Of a stretch of DNA of 64,000 bases, positions 1 through 13,600 are shown piece after piece. Location: positions 29,512,001 through 29,576,000 of the forward strand of contig NC_045138.2 of the NCBI RefSeq assembly GCF_008831285.2, read 5' to 3'. Below the pieces are notes generated by a model. That model saw only the letters and a list, made by a program, of their open reading frames with translations. It was not told where the DNA came from and ran no database searches. The position numbers and the translations under genes were made by a program. This DNA is from Nymphaea colorata. Its lineage: Eukaryota. Every line of letters starts with the position of its first letter. Positions within the stretch are counted from its first letter, which is position 1.

Positions 1-2
1 GC

Positions 3-545
3 GCAACTGAGGTGCAATGGGCAGTACAGAGTAATTGTAAACAGAAAGACTACATCATCAACCAACAAGTACTACAAGCAGGTGGGCGCCTATGGCAAGC
101 CCACGACAGAGGGAAGGCCCTCGCACATCAGGAGGGCACTATTGAGCAGCTACAAGGGCTGCAAAAGAGGGCTATAGGGCAACTCCCAAGGGATTATAGT
201 CCTAAACAAGTGCAAAAACCACTACAACATGGTGGTAGAAAGTGGCAACCACATGACCGTGGTAAAGCCATGTCAACGAATGAGATCCAGAATGATGAAA
301 GGCTGCTTGGGCAACCAATGAAGCGAATTGGACAGTTACCTCGAGACTATGGTCCAGACACATTGACCATAGCTAAACTCAGAGTTAAAAGGGCCATGTT
401 CAAGGTTTATTCAAGAGGCCCAAGAAGATGTTTCCTCCATCTTAGGAACTCAGTGAAGGTGTTACCCAGAGACTATGGACCAGGGAGGAAACACAAGGTG
501 AAAGATGACTGCGTGCGTCAGAGCCACCAAGAAACAAGTTCATAA
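3..545 (+). CDS. Retroelement 3' ORF segment (open from the window edge) with repeated GGRxWQxHDRGKA...IGQLPRDYxP modules
   Basis: No stop in this frame from position 3 to 542. Two ~50-codon repeats (start 81 and 231) plus a third PRDYGP at 465-482, differing largely by synonymous changes. Confidence 0.6.
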   Translation, partial: ATEVQWAVQSNCKQKDYIINQQVLQAGGRLWQAHDRGKALAHQEGTIEQLQGLQKRAIGQLPRDYSPKQVQKPLQHGGRKWQPHDRGKAMSTNEIQNDERLLGQPMKRIGQLPRDYGPDTLTIAKLRVKRAMFKVYSRGPRRCFLHLRNSVKVLPRDYGPGRKHKVKDDCVRQSHQETSS

Positions 546-583
546 TGAGCTTGGGGACAAGCTCGATTTAAGGAGGGTGGATC

Positions 584-3500
584 TGATACGAGCCTTAGTC
601 CGAGTAGGCCTAACCAAGGCCAAAGGCACGGCCACAGTGAGAGATCACGGCTCAATGGAATTAAACTTCGAGCCTAGAGCAAATGCAGTGGGAGGTGCGG
701 GAGGATATGCAACGGCTCTAGGACATGAATGAACTAGGTGAAGACCAGCAATTGGGGGAATCCGCGAGTTAGGATACTAGATCCATAGGACTTCTTTGGT
801 ATAGGCCATGGTCCATTCTTGAGTCGTATCGAAACCCAAGTCTCTAGAGTCGGTCTAGGACGAGTCTAGGGAGGTCTCTTGGCTGAATTGAGCTCAGCTC
901 AATGAGGTTAAGGGATGTGTCAAGTCCGAAGTTTGGGCGGCAACCCGGACGAGGTCCCCACCTTGAGCTCACAAGGCTCAAGGGGCGTCTAGCTAGGACT
1001 TAGCCGTTTTTCACTTCTTGATTTGCTTTATTTGAGTTTGCGCCAATTCGGTTTTGGATTCAAACTTACCAAGGCGGGTTGTGCCTTGGATCCGTTTTGC
1101 TTTAGCATGTTCTGGATTTGGATTTGGGCTGGTTCCATGCATGGGAACCAGATTTATGTACTCATGTATATAAGGTTTTGATTCATGTGTAAATGGAGGG
1201 AATTTTGGGAAATCAAGGTCATTTGCTTCTTTGCTCTCTCTCTCTCCTCACTTCTCTCTCTCTCTTCTCGTGTCTCTCTCTCTCTCTCTCTCACGTTCCC
1301 TCCAATCTCTTCTCCCAAGACCAGCATGCTGGCCCTCTACTTCCCCTTCCCCCTCACGTCTTCCTCTCCTCTCCTTCCCAACTCCTCACTATCTCCCCTC
1401 TCTTTCATTTACATCAATTCTCGTTGAAGAAGAAGGTGAGGGCTTTCTCTTGGGTGAGCCACGGCCCTAGGAGTTATCATCGTCTTCATCTTCGCATCTA
1501 CCCAGCCACGTCTTGGGTGCAATATCTCTGCTACATCAGAGATATTGGAGGCCTAAGTTGAACAAGGAGGCTGCGTCTTCATCCAAGGAAGGACAGCAAA
1601 CCCACGGTTTCCTCATACAAGGTTAGTTCTTGGATTCCTAAGGTGAAAGCTAAGCAACTACGTTGGTTTGGTTTGATCCAAGGTTTGACTTACAAGAAGA
1701 GGAGAAGTCTCGAGTCACAGCCGAGATTCCCTTCTTTTCCACGGTTGAAACTTGATTTAAACTAAGTTTTACGTGTCTTAGAAGATCCTAGGCATTGAGG
1801 CTTTCCTAGTTGAGAAATCACTCAAGGAAACGGCACAAGAAGAGTCGATCGATTCTAGTTTTCATCCGCGGTCCATCTCTGGAATTTCGCCGGCAAAATC
1901 AGAATCCCATCCTCAAGAAATCACGGTGAGACCATCTTGGACATGGGAATGGACCATATAAGGTGATTCCACGCAAAGAAAGAAGAAGATACACATTGGT
2001 TTCGCGAAGAACGGCCTAGGCGATAGCAAGCACCAAGTCACCGGGAACTTCTGGTTTTCCGGCGACCTCTGCCATAATTCCGGCCACATTTGGGGGATTC
2101 TGGTCATCATCACCCAAGGACCAAAGTGCCCTTCCTTGCCACGAAGTGGGACCATCATTTCCAAGGGTAAGTCCGTCCAAAAGTACTCCAAGGAGATATC
2201 GCATGGAGAGGAGATTTTCTAGGCGAGAATTAAGGGGAAACTCCTACATTCTAGCTTCAAAAAGTGGTACGAGCTTCATCCTTACCCATCTAAGTCTCTC
2301 CTAGCCCTTCATCCAGATCCTTAGGAGAAGATCCGACCCTTGATTTGCACGTGATTTGGAAGAGAATCCCCACATTTGGAATCATCATTCCACAAGGCGC
2401 CACCTCGCCACATTTGACTACATTGGAGGAGCCGGCGCCACTAGTGCCCACATTTGGAGGGATTTGCTCTTTAGTTTAGGTGATTCAATCATTAACCATC
2501 CCTAGATCCCAGCCACATCACATCCCACTTACCACCTTTGAATTTTCAGCCTTAGATCTAGAGGATTATCCTAGGTTCAAGTGTAGGAGTCCACCTTTTG
2601 ATCCCACGTCAAACTCACTCACGTGATCCCTAACCCTCCTTAGTTCCTCATTAGCTCTCTCATTTAAACCCAAGCCACTCGTTCAATCATCCTTGAACCT
2701 AACCACCAATTCCTAATCAACATCCCACATTCCCTTGTCTTAAGCCACCTCATTCTAGACCTCACACCCTTAGATCATCTTCCCTTACACCGTAGCCGAA
2801 GCCGTCCAAGCCCCTATCGCTCCTAACCGGCCCTAAGCCAGCCACACTTAGGATCATTACCAAGCTCTACGGCCGAGCTTTCCTCTATTGACTGTAGTTA
2901 GGTAATTCCTCAGCTAAGACCAAGCTGAATCCACCCATCCCCAGCCACGACTACAGCATTTGGTGTGCACCCTTGGGCATTTCATCCACTCGCCCAAGCG
3001 AATTGAGGTTGCTATCACCAAGCAACCGGATCCCGTGTGCTACCACGGCACTCAACCAGGTGGGCTGAGCTAAGAGGCTCTCTCTTAGCTATATCTAGAG
3101 CCTACTGCCACACCCGGAGCAGCAGCATTTGTATCAGCTCCGTCAAAACCAGCAGCAGCAACCGAGTTGAAGAGAAGACATCAAAGACTTTACCAGCGAT
3201 CTTCTCCAACTTGGCGTCTTACTTGGCGTTGCAGCACCTTCCACCTTGGTGTCCCGATTTTCTCAGCTACAACCTGACGTCTGGAATTCATCCTCAACAG
3301 CACCTACAGCAGATCATCAAAGAATTCCAGAAGATTCATCAAATGAACCCCGAGCAAGCCTTGGGGAGGTACTTCATTTAGACTAGTTAGATTTGCTATT
3401 TTCCTTGCATAGTTTTGAATCGCTTCCGCATTTGTCCAGTATTCCTGTAGTTTTTCGGTGGCCTAGAGCCTAAGATCCGGCTACAAGGAGTGTGTTTGGT

Positions 3501-3655
3501 CTGAGTCTAGCCTTAGTTTCCTCTTTGAGTTGTGTTGGTTCAATCTTTAGGCGTCTTTCGACCCGTGTGGACCCTCTACGAGGATCTTGGGTGTAGGATC
3601 GACTCTAGGACTGGGCTGTCGCCTATACCGGAGTTAGGTCCTACCAAGGGCATCA
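584..3655 (+). mobile_element. 3' LTR (~3.07 kb)
   Basis: TG...CA termini with TGAT/ATCA inverted ends. TATA-like TATATAAG near 1168 followed by a (CT)n tract at ~1233-1290. Predicted right target-site duplication TATCT (3656-3660). Confidence 0.75.
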
Positions 3656-4536
3656 TATCTGCCTAAATAAACAAAAATTAATGGTTCAATGGCTATCTTT
3701 AGACACCCATCTGTAGTTCAATGCCTCGAGCTTTTCGGGAGAAAAGAGAAGAATTCCTAAAGCTGGAAGGATTCAAGGGGATATGAATCTGAATCTTGGT
3801 GGGCGATTGAGGTGATCCTCACAGGATATGGATTCGAGCTCAACTCTTCAACTACATCTTTCCTCAATATAGATCTGCAATTGGTTCACCAAAATGAAAC
3901 GCTTTTGGGATGGTTATTTCGCTGACCATGTCATGATCCATATTTAAGTTAAATTAATTGGTTCCTAGAAAAGCCTGTATTTTAATGCAGCGTACATCAT
4001 ATAAACGATTGGCGTATATACATTTTTCTCATGACGATGGAGGGCTAGCGTCTTCAATTTTGAAAATTAAGACTCCTGTGTTTTGATTGGAAGATTGAGG
4101 ATATACGCATACTAAAATTAAATTAAAATCAGTAGACTGCATCAGGAACCACATGCATCTTATACATCATTTTAACTATTCCAACCACCTTACTTTATCT
4201 AATTTAATAATTCAAAAGTCAACTCCATTTAAGGCTCAGAATTGAATCAAGCAGCTCCTGTTTCAATCCCTTCAGCCCCTATACCACGTTCGTCTCCACT
4301 TATAGCACATCGATAGATATATATATATATATATAGCCGCACTTGAATGGACATTTGTGGACTGGAAATCTCGGGTCCTCGCCTTTATTAGCTTCAACTT
4401 GGCACATTTGCACTAATCCAGCAAATTTTGAGGAGAGAAAGCGAGAGATTGTGCAACGATTTGGTTGATTACACACTTGATCACTACCTGCAACTGTAGA
4501 GTTCTGGTTAGCTTCGAACTGCTGATGTTCTGATTG

Positions 4537-5100
4537 ATGGATAGACAAGGTATGGACAGGAACGACAGCAGCAAAACCATCTTGGAGTTGACATCAGCTG
4601 GCAAGAATTCTGAGGTAACTCTCTCATCTTTAGTCCAGCATGCAGGCATAAGCTTTGGTAGTCAAGTTCTGGAGGAGCTCAGGTCAGCCTCTCGGCACCG
4701 ACTCAGGTTCATGACCGGCGTCTCATGAGACCCGACTTGCATGTAGTATTAAAGTGTAATGAATCATTAGGAGGACAGAAACCTCGAAATTTGAGTCGTT
4801 GAACCCGTCAAACAGATTTCCTTTTATTTCCAACCTCAAACATCATCAATTCAATAATTTTCCATATGTACATAATTTATATTGATCATTAGAACTTTTC
4901 AGAGAAAAAAACTGAAATATTTTGTGTTCTCTTTATATTACATTGCACCTTAAGTACAGATGCATCCAAAAGTTTAGACCATGGTAATATGATTTCAGAA
5001 TTAGATTATGCCAACTTTTTAATAGTATAACACTCAACCAACTCTAAACCATTGGATGATGGAGATATGTGACTTACACGCTAAAAATGGTACCTTTCTT

Positions 5101-5146
<46 letters not shown>

Positions 5147-7337
5147 CATAAACTTGCATCTACTCTTCTGCTGAAAGTTACTTATTAACACACAAGGCAC
5201 ACCTAGATATTTGACTGAGACCAATTAGGAATTAGGTTACAGACAAAAACATGACCTCTTAAATTTTGTTAAAAAATATTCAGAAAAAATATGAACTTTC
5301 TAATTTGGTTTACAAAGGCTAACATAATATATATCATATTTTTGTTCATGTTGTTGCGAAAAATATAAATTTTGTGCCATTAAAATTTTGATTTTATAAG
5401 AGCCATTATTATTTGATTATTAAAAAAATCATTAAACTCAAAAAGTGATTAACCTAGTATATGATTCCAATTGAATAACTATTAAGGTCATAGTTATTAA
5501 AAATGTTGGATTACATAAAATGTACTTAATCAACATTAGGGTCTAGTTTTTGTCTCTCGCCTAATCACTTAAGTAGTATGGGATAACCAATTCTTTTATG
5601 TATGTGTGTGTATAGTGAATTATGACCCTAATTATCTAAAGTCACCCGATGATTTAACAAGAGTTGTCTATTTGAAGCAGATTGATAGTTGAGAGTAAAA
5701 AAAAAAAAAGTGAATTGACATTAGATTAAAAAAATGTTCATCTCCTTTCTCTCCATGTTTTTATCTGAAGTGTCCATCATGATGGATCAAACAATCCTGA
5801 TTAGGTAACTAGATAACATTGAAAAACTAGGTCAACACACACACATATATATATAAACATGAGTATTGTCATATGTTCATGACAAATGACTTAATTAGAA
5901 AAAAGCACATGCAAATAAACATTTCCAGTTGGATGGCAATTATTGCCCGATTTTATGTCCAGCCTTCTAGCATTTTCGATGATATTTTCACGTTCAACTA
6001 TGTAATTGAAATCCCACATCTAAAAGATAATAAATTCAAAAAGGAAAAGTTCTTGAACTTTGGGATGTATATGTCGTCCTTGTAAGGTGAAGCATTAATT
6101 TCAGGTCATGAAAGCCATTACACAACTCAAGACTTCCTTTGTCTACTTTAATGCTTTTGGGTATTGATTCAAATCTAGTTACCTGATTAAGTTTTTTGAG
6201 GAGAGTTAAAAATGAAATTTAGCTTACCAAACAGCTTATATTTAAGCGGCAGTGCGAGAAATTAAAGCTCCTCAAGTTTGGGAGTCCTATTAAAAAGGCG
6301 TAGCCAGCCATATGGCTCCGCCCTAATTCAAAGTTAGTAGTAAACGGTGTTTAGTTAATAGAAAACCATAAATGAAGACAATTTTTTCTCTTTAACCTTT
6401 TGGGCACCTTCAGATGAAGGAGATAAGGATGATGAAATGGAGATACTCCAGCATATATAGATTGTTAATCTCCTTACGAATGGTCATTGGATAAATCTTT
6501 TTGTGCATATGTACAGATAACGGAAGTTCTTCCATCTACAGCTAACGAGGTGGAGCGAGACAGTTCCATTAGTCTTGGACTAGCAGTCGATGGCCAGAGA
6601 TCTTCCCAGGACGTGCAGGTCCAATCTCTTCCCTCATCTGGAGAACAAGAAGGTAAGTACATCCCTGACTCGTTACGAGGACAGAAAATATGGTCTTCAT
6701 CAAGACTGTTGAGAAGACGTTCAAAGAAGAAGGTGAAGCGATTAGAAGAACAAACTAAAAATGGGGTAAAGGAGAAGCGAGGCGCTATGATGATTGTGAG
6801 TGTGCTGATAGCAACACTCACATACCAGGCCTCCCTCAACCCTCCCGGTGGCTTCTGGCAGGATGACAAATTTGAATCAGCAGGCAACAGCACCGCTGCA
6901 GCACCGGTCGAACAGTCCGCCAATGTTTCCCGACCCGCGGGCACTGCAATCAATAGCAACTTTCGTAGCTTCCAGTGGTTTCTGATGTCTAACACGGTGG
7001 GGTTATTTGCATCTTTGGTCGTCATCTTGCTCTTGACCAGCGCCATCACAGTTGGAGTTGGCTCATGATGTGGGCTTTGATGATCATTATGTGGATCTCC
7101 GTCTTCTCCGTAGCGTTTAGTTTCTTCTGTGGAGTGCTGATCATCTTGCGGGGAGATTTCTCATACCCAGCGGTTAAATACTTAATTGTGTTTGGCTTAT
7201 GCTGCATGGGGCTCTTTGGCCTACTGGTGCTGTTGCACGCTTTCATTGGCTTGAAGGAGATCTATCGCCGGGTGATGCCGAAACTAAGATTGCACAGTCA
7301 AAACGTTGACCCCGCTTCTTCCTCTCTCCCTCTCTAA
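4537..7337 (+). pseudogene. PGG-domain membrane protein, copy A; exons 4537-4614 and 6517-7337, 1-bp deletion near 7053
   Basis: Exon 1 MDRQGMDRNDSSKTILELTSAGKNSE|GTAACT; acceptor TACAG|ATA at 6517; LIATLTYQASLNPPGGFWQD motif. Paralogues read KTLRWRCMMW and ITVRRRRMTW where A has GTT-GGAGTTGGCTCATGA; one added base restores a ~299-aa ORF. A sequencing error is not excluded. Confidence 0.8.
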
Positions 7338-8559
7338 TAAAACAACTTAATTCCGGCGGTGGCTTAGTTCTTGTCGGCCAAGGCAAGTTGTTGAAGTGGA
7401 CCGTGGAGCACTATCTCTGAATCTATTGACTCTTGCCGAGATGAGGGAGATATCTCCACAGATAATCTTGCTGGAATTTGGAGTCTTGCTGCATGCTCTT
7501 TTGGTATATTGGAAACCTTCCTCTCATAAGCGTTCACCATATACAATAGTATATTGTATTTTACGAAATATTTCCGTTGTATGTATTGTCGTATAAATCT
7601 GAACTAAGACTTTGTTGGTTTACTCCTTGGCTTGTGTCTTTAAAATTTTCTAGTGATATCAATGCCAGATGTCAGACAACCTCTGAATTTGTGCATATAC
7701 TGTCTGTCGCAATTGGTTCTGACAAGGTAAGCACCCTGAGCTATCAAATGGACGGAGGTTAGAGTACTCGAACCTTTAACAAAATGCAGCATTCTAATTT
7801 GGTCCTGCCCTAAGACAAACACTTGAGAAAAACTCAAAACCACAGAAGAAAACCACAGAAGAACTCAAACCACAGAAGAAAACCTAATAAGTAACTCTTA
7901 TAAATCAGTTTTTAAAATCTAGGAGCAGTGATCTTTAGATTGTTATAGAAAATTAATTGCATATACAAGGCATAATCTCAAAATAAATGAGTAAGTTTTC
8001 GAACAAAAACTTGCAGCAACATATTTAGGTTTGTGTCAAGAAAGATCCAATTCCTGATAGACGTTAGTCAAAAGCCCAAAACATTAGCTAAATTTTCTCC
8101 TTTTTCTTAATAAAGAATTGAAACACAATTTTGTACCTTACAAGGCATAGACGAAGCACCAATGGAAAGGCAGAGTGTCTCAATACATGGTTCCAATAGT
8201 GGGAGACTGTCAACGTATTGGACAGGGGATAGGTGCTTGGGCCCGAATGCCCGCCAGCTGCCGTGTTCTGCTCCTCATTCTTAATTTGGTGTCAAAAGAA
8301 TGAACTAACCTCCTAGCTATTCTTCAAGGGTCCTCTAATCACAAACCAAACCTACATTCGGAGTACTATCATAATGCATACCTGATCCCTTACTCAGATA
8401 TTCTAGTATATCTGAGTAAGTGTGCAATTTGAAAAGTGTGCAACGCCCTTTGAGGTGATAAGCGTTTGATTATGCAATTTGATGGATTATGCCAAAGCGA
8501 CTGGGTCTTAGTACCTTTTTCAGGACGGATCTCTTTGGTGAAGGTGGTGATGATATTGG

Positions 8560-8915
8560 TGTTAGGAATAACACACAATAAACTCTCTTTTCGCACTCTC
8601 AAGAGGGGGTTAGAAGCAACAAGGAAGAAGACAACGATTTACGTGGTTCAAAACAATAATCTCCTACGTCCACGGTCGCACAGATCTCTTGTATTCTCTC
8701 TCTTCTATGAACACACAGAACAGACACTCACCAGCGGCGGCCATCCTCAAAACATAAGGATTAGAGCAAACCCGCATTTGTACAAAATGACATATATGCC
8801 TTTACATAAAGAAAGGGGGCGCTGCCCCCTGCAACCCCCAATCAACTTACCGCGAAGTTGGATCCGCAGTATTGCAAATGAGTGTCTAATATGAATCAAC
8901 TTCCATACACCAACA
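8560..8915 (-). mobile_element. Solo LTR, Ty1/copia-like (356 bp)
   Basis: TGTT...AACA ends. Flanks ATTGG/ATTGA (5-bp TSD, 1 mismatch). Internal GATTTACGTGGTTC...CCTACGTCCAC and GGGGGCGCTGCCCCC motifs resemble plant copia LTRs. No PBS or PPT adjacent. Confidence 0.75.
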
Positions 8916-10686
8916 ATTGAGAGACTTTCTTCTTACCTTCTAATGGCTAGATCCATAGTTCTTTCCGTAGTATAAAAAAGAATAACTGAATCGAGTTCAC
9001 ACAGTCTCGTCTATCACTTTTTGTCTATCACTTTTTTGCTTGAGCAGACATACTGGTCTTAGAAGTAAATAGCATTAGATACATGGTTACCCTACGCCCG
9101 TCGAATGTTGCAGCGGAGAGGACTTCTCCTCCCCCTGCACAGTTCACAGCAAATTTATTACCAACGCTTCTTTAGGCGTCACTGTTGCTTGGAAAGGAAT
9201 CGATGGCCTCCCTCTCTGCCAAATGCAAATGGTTCGCTCCCTTTTTTTTATTTTTTATTTTTTTAAATCATGCAAGAGGAGCGTTTTATCGAGCGTACCT
9301 TACTCCAGAGGTTAGTGGGGCCATGAATTCTGCATAGGAAAAAATTTTGACAATCGGATGAAGATTAAATAAATTATGAACTGAAAAACAATCTTTTAAC
9401 TACTTCCCGGGTGGAAAGCTTATATTATGGTAAGCACAAATGACATTCTTCAATATGAGAATTTATTTCCACCTGATTTAAATCTTGCTCCGAACTGGCA
9501 TAACAGTTGGATTTGTTATATAAGAGGGAAAACATTTCCCCAGTTGTATATAACCGGGCCACTCTCATTCATTTTGGATAACGTAAGGGGATTGGACTCT
9601 GCCAAACGGGTTCTGTAACATACTGCCATTCATGCGTCATGACAGAGCAAGTGAATCAAACATTTTAGTGCGTCTAGAGATCCGATGTCTCGAGTATTCA
9701 TCAGGAGAAGACTATAGACTATCGGTTCCAAAAAAAGGTTTTGGTAAATAAAAATCCTGGTAGATGAGCTCTTAATGTCGTCCACAAGCTAGGTGACTTG
9801 GTCCTGAGCACTCGTGCTAGATCTAGACAAACTCTTCAACTTGACCTCAGAAATGACAAAATGCAAACAATAAAAATCACATTGCGTGCATTTAAAAAGT
9901 AAAAAGTAAATAGCGCTGTGAAAAAATATATTGTGTATGTTGTGTGTGTGTGCGTATATTGATTAGCCATGTTATTAGTAGTGTCATTCAATATTAGTGC
10001 TCACTTTTTACCCTTCATTAAGCCGCAATATACTTCTCCCATTTCAATTTTGCTATGGCTTTCTGTGGTGTTCTCAAGGTCATGAATCAGTCAAACATTT
10101 CCTAGCATGCTGATGTGGGCCCATGCCCAACCACACAGTAAGTCAGTAGACCAGCCCACATCCGGGTACAGGCACGCCTTCTTCAGCCATGCCCACCGTC
10201 AGATAGAGCCATCGGAGCCAGCCAGCCTCTGCAACCCACTTATAAGACCCAGAGAGCCACGCTGCACCAGCCAGCTTGTTCAAAGACTGCCTGGCCCTAT
10301 CTCAGCAGAATTGCTAAGGGAAGTGGCAAGGGTGTCTTGAGGGCTTGGACAGAGGTTGCGTTCGGCTAAAGAAATTGGTGGTGGGCCGGAAAGGGCTTGG
10401 CCGATCAAACAAGGTCCTTGCCTAGCCAATGGAACCTTTTAATAGGGAAGACTCTAGGCGAGTCCTAATGAGCATAGCATATTTTATAAGGGCAATACTC
10501 ATTAGTACATCGCACGGAGAGGCAGAAAATTTTATCAGAGGGGCGCAAACTTCCGATGTAACAGAGTCATTAACAAATAAATTCATAACATGCATGTTTA
10601 ATCTCGTATTGTCATACATTAAATATGTTTCATGAAAATTTCATGTTTACAAGAAAGAAAAAAAAGCACGGCAGTAACGTATAAAT

Positions 10687-13600
10687 ATTGAAATGCCATG
10701 AGAACACTTTTCTTGAAACGGAATTTTCAAAATTCTTTTTATTTTCAATAAAAAACAGTAATTTTATAATTCAGAACAATTAAATGAGAAAGGCTTAATG
10801 GACATTTTAAGAAATTGTAAATTATATATAGATTTTGGAAAGTTAATAACAGATTTTTATGTATTTTTGGCAACTGGAAAACATTCAGAAGCTCCCTAAA
10901 TGCTAATTAATTATTTGTCTATTGCCTAAGTATATTGACCTGAAACTAAACTATTCAAGGCCGCTAGTACTTAAGTGAACTATAAGCGAATGTAAACCTA
11001 AAAACTTTAATGCTACTATTCCTTCAAAAAAAATAAAATGGGCCACACGTGTATTGTATTTTCGATAATTAGTTTGAGTTAATTCTTCATTTTTTGAAAG
11101 AAAAAAGAAAGAAAAAAAGAAGAGAAAGCAATTGATTGCTCAAGGGTTAACATATAAAACTAGAAGCGCGGACACTATAATTAAAGAAGCAATTAGAAAC
11201 GAACCGTAACAACTATGTTCCAATTAATGGAATTTGCAAGTTATCAATATGAATTTCGAACCTATAAACTGACAAGGTTGAGATCGATGAGGGCTAGGGC
11301 CTTTAACTGAATTAGCATTTGTAGGTGTTGATCCCGTTTCAGGTCACGTTATTTTTCAATAGGTAAAAAGGATTAAAAACCGTTAAAAAATTAATACTTT
11401 TATCACAAATTAGAAGATGATATGGAGAATGGCTTCTAAACAAAATAGAAACTGCAATCATTAGTCGATCTATATCGATAAGTAAATGTTTCTCTCATTT
11501 TTTTTCTTCCCAAACTGCGGACATGAAAATATACTAAAACTTAGAGAGAGAACACCATCCAGTGTGTTTATATGAATCCAAAAATGTGCGTCTTCGTTCA
11601 ATGTGTCCCTTTATTATTCATTTGACTATTCCAATCCGATCGAAGGCTCATGCAGCTGGTGGTATACCAAGTTCGTCGTTGTAATTATAATTAAATCCCA
11701 CGTAAAAACTTACTCGTGTTGGCCAATGAATTGCCCAAGTTAACGAATCAGGTTCGAGCTATCTAGAAGTGCCATGTAAATCCTCCATGTCTTGAGAACC
11801 TGGGAGAGGGGAGTGGGTTGCCTCAGACGAACATGAGCCAAGTTCGTTGTTGAGCTCATTTAGCGGTTGTTGGTTGGATTGACAGATTTATTTTTATGGG
11901 TGTTATTCATTTGAAAAATATAAAGGATGGATACATGCTATCTTAATTAATTGACAGGTGTATTGTTTTCTACGAACAACAGGAGAAAAAGAAGGAACTA
12001 TCACATCTTCCCAGTATTTTTCCTCCCCCACCTTCCGCTGTCTCTAATGTCATTATTCAACTTAATTAAACATTAATTGGACTATTCTACTCTTTAGTGT
12101 CAATACTTCCAAGGTAGGCACACTTTTGTTTTGTCGATCCGACTGTGGAAGTAATTGTGAAAGGGAGAGACGGGGGACTTGATTGCACATTTGTGGATCC
12201 CAAGCAATCTTGTACCTGATTTAGCAGATAAGAGGAAATTCATGTCCAAGGCAATATGTAGCGTCGCCTTTAGCCATCACATCATTTGATGTGGAAACGG
12301 TTTTGCAAGTTAGTTTTAAGTTGACACATTTGTACAGACCAGCAAGATGACAGAGAGGGAGGGTGGGAGGTTGAGCAGCAAGATTTCAGAGAGAGAGAGA
12401 GAGAGAGAGAGGTAGAAAGAGAAAGAGAAAGATAGTCCATGTTCTGTAAGTACATATATAAAAGAATGTGCAGGTCCCATCTAGATCCAGATTATAAATA
12501 TTCATTAGACTATCATAGTCTCTCAAGATAGCTTTGGATAAAAAAAAAAGAAAACAAGATTGCTCAAGGGTCAACATATAAAACTAAACAAAAAGAAAAC
12601 AAGGTTGTTCAAGGGTCAACATATAAAACTAAACGGCGGCTATAATCAATGAAGTAATTAGAAACGAATCATACCAACTATTTTCCAATTAATAGATTTT
12701 ATAAGTTATCAAAGTGAATGCCGAACCTACAAAATAACAAGGTTGAGACCGATGTGGGCTAGGGTCTTTTTAACTTAATTAGCATCTCGCACCCTCTTCC
12801 CACGTGTTGGTCCTGTTTTAGGTCACGTTATTTCAATAGGTAACAAAGATTAAAAGCTGTTAAAAAGTCATACTTTTATTCAAATTTCTAAGATGATATG
12901 GCGAATGGTTTCTAAACAGTAGTCGTTCTATCTCGTTAAGATAAAGGAATGTTTCAAACTTTTCTTTTTTATTATTATTCTTCCCAAACTAGGGGCATGA
13001 CAATATTCTAAAACTTAAAGAGAACACCATTCAGTGTGTGTACATGAATCCACAAATGTGTGTGATCTCTATTCAGTATGTCTCTATAGTATTCAATAAG
13101 GCTCCCGAAGCAAGCAGCTGGTGGTATACCATGTTCTTCTCAACTCGGTCTAACGATTAACGAGCTGAACATATGAACATGGGCTATAGCTAGCTCGTTA
13201 CGACCAGTGAGCGTGAGTGTGGGTGTTCATTTATATCGACTGGATCGTTGACAAATATTTGCTTAGATTTCCAAGATTAATGTGTTTAGGTGACTTTGTA
13301 ATTATAATTAAACCTCACATAGAAACTTACTGAAATTCGTCAATGAATCGAGTTCAAGCTAGCTACAATTCATGAGACAAAGTACTCCAATGAACTACGC
13401 TGTTTATCAAGCAACCCGGGGTTGCCTCAGATGAAGAAGACCCGAGTTTGAACCATGACCCCAAATTTAATGAAAGGATGCAAGTTGCAGCGTTATCTGA
13501 GCTCATTAAATATAGCTGGTTGGATTGGCAGACCATTGAAAAATCTCAGCATTAAGTCATTTCTCAAAAAGTGAGTTATTATTCTGGATTGTAAATGGTG

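Larger units (their letters stand above)
1..3655 (+). mobile_element. 3' part of a Ty3/gypsy (chromovirus-like) LTR retrotransposon; 5' part lies outside the window
   Basis: Polypurine tract AAGGAGGGTGG at 570-580, preceded by GAGCTTGGGGACAAGCTCGATTT (ELGDKLDL, typical gypsy pol end) and followed by LTR start TGATAC at 584. Composition switches to AT-rich host DNA after GCATCA at 3655. Confidence 0.85.

Noticed and set aside
1185..1561. Overlapping Ser/Leu-rich ORFs
   Set aside because: Products of the (CT)n low-complexity tract inside the LTR.
3037..3381. 114-aa ORF in the LTR
   Set aside because: GTG start, no recognisable motif, lies within the inferred LTR.
6474..7049. Antisense ORFs over PGG copies (also 19186-19413 and 28843-29349)
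   Set aside because: Shadow frames of the PGG coding strand.
8466..8894. 142-aa ORF
   Set aside because: Crosses the solo-LTR boundary, TTG start, no motif.
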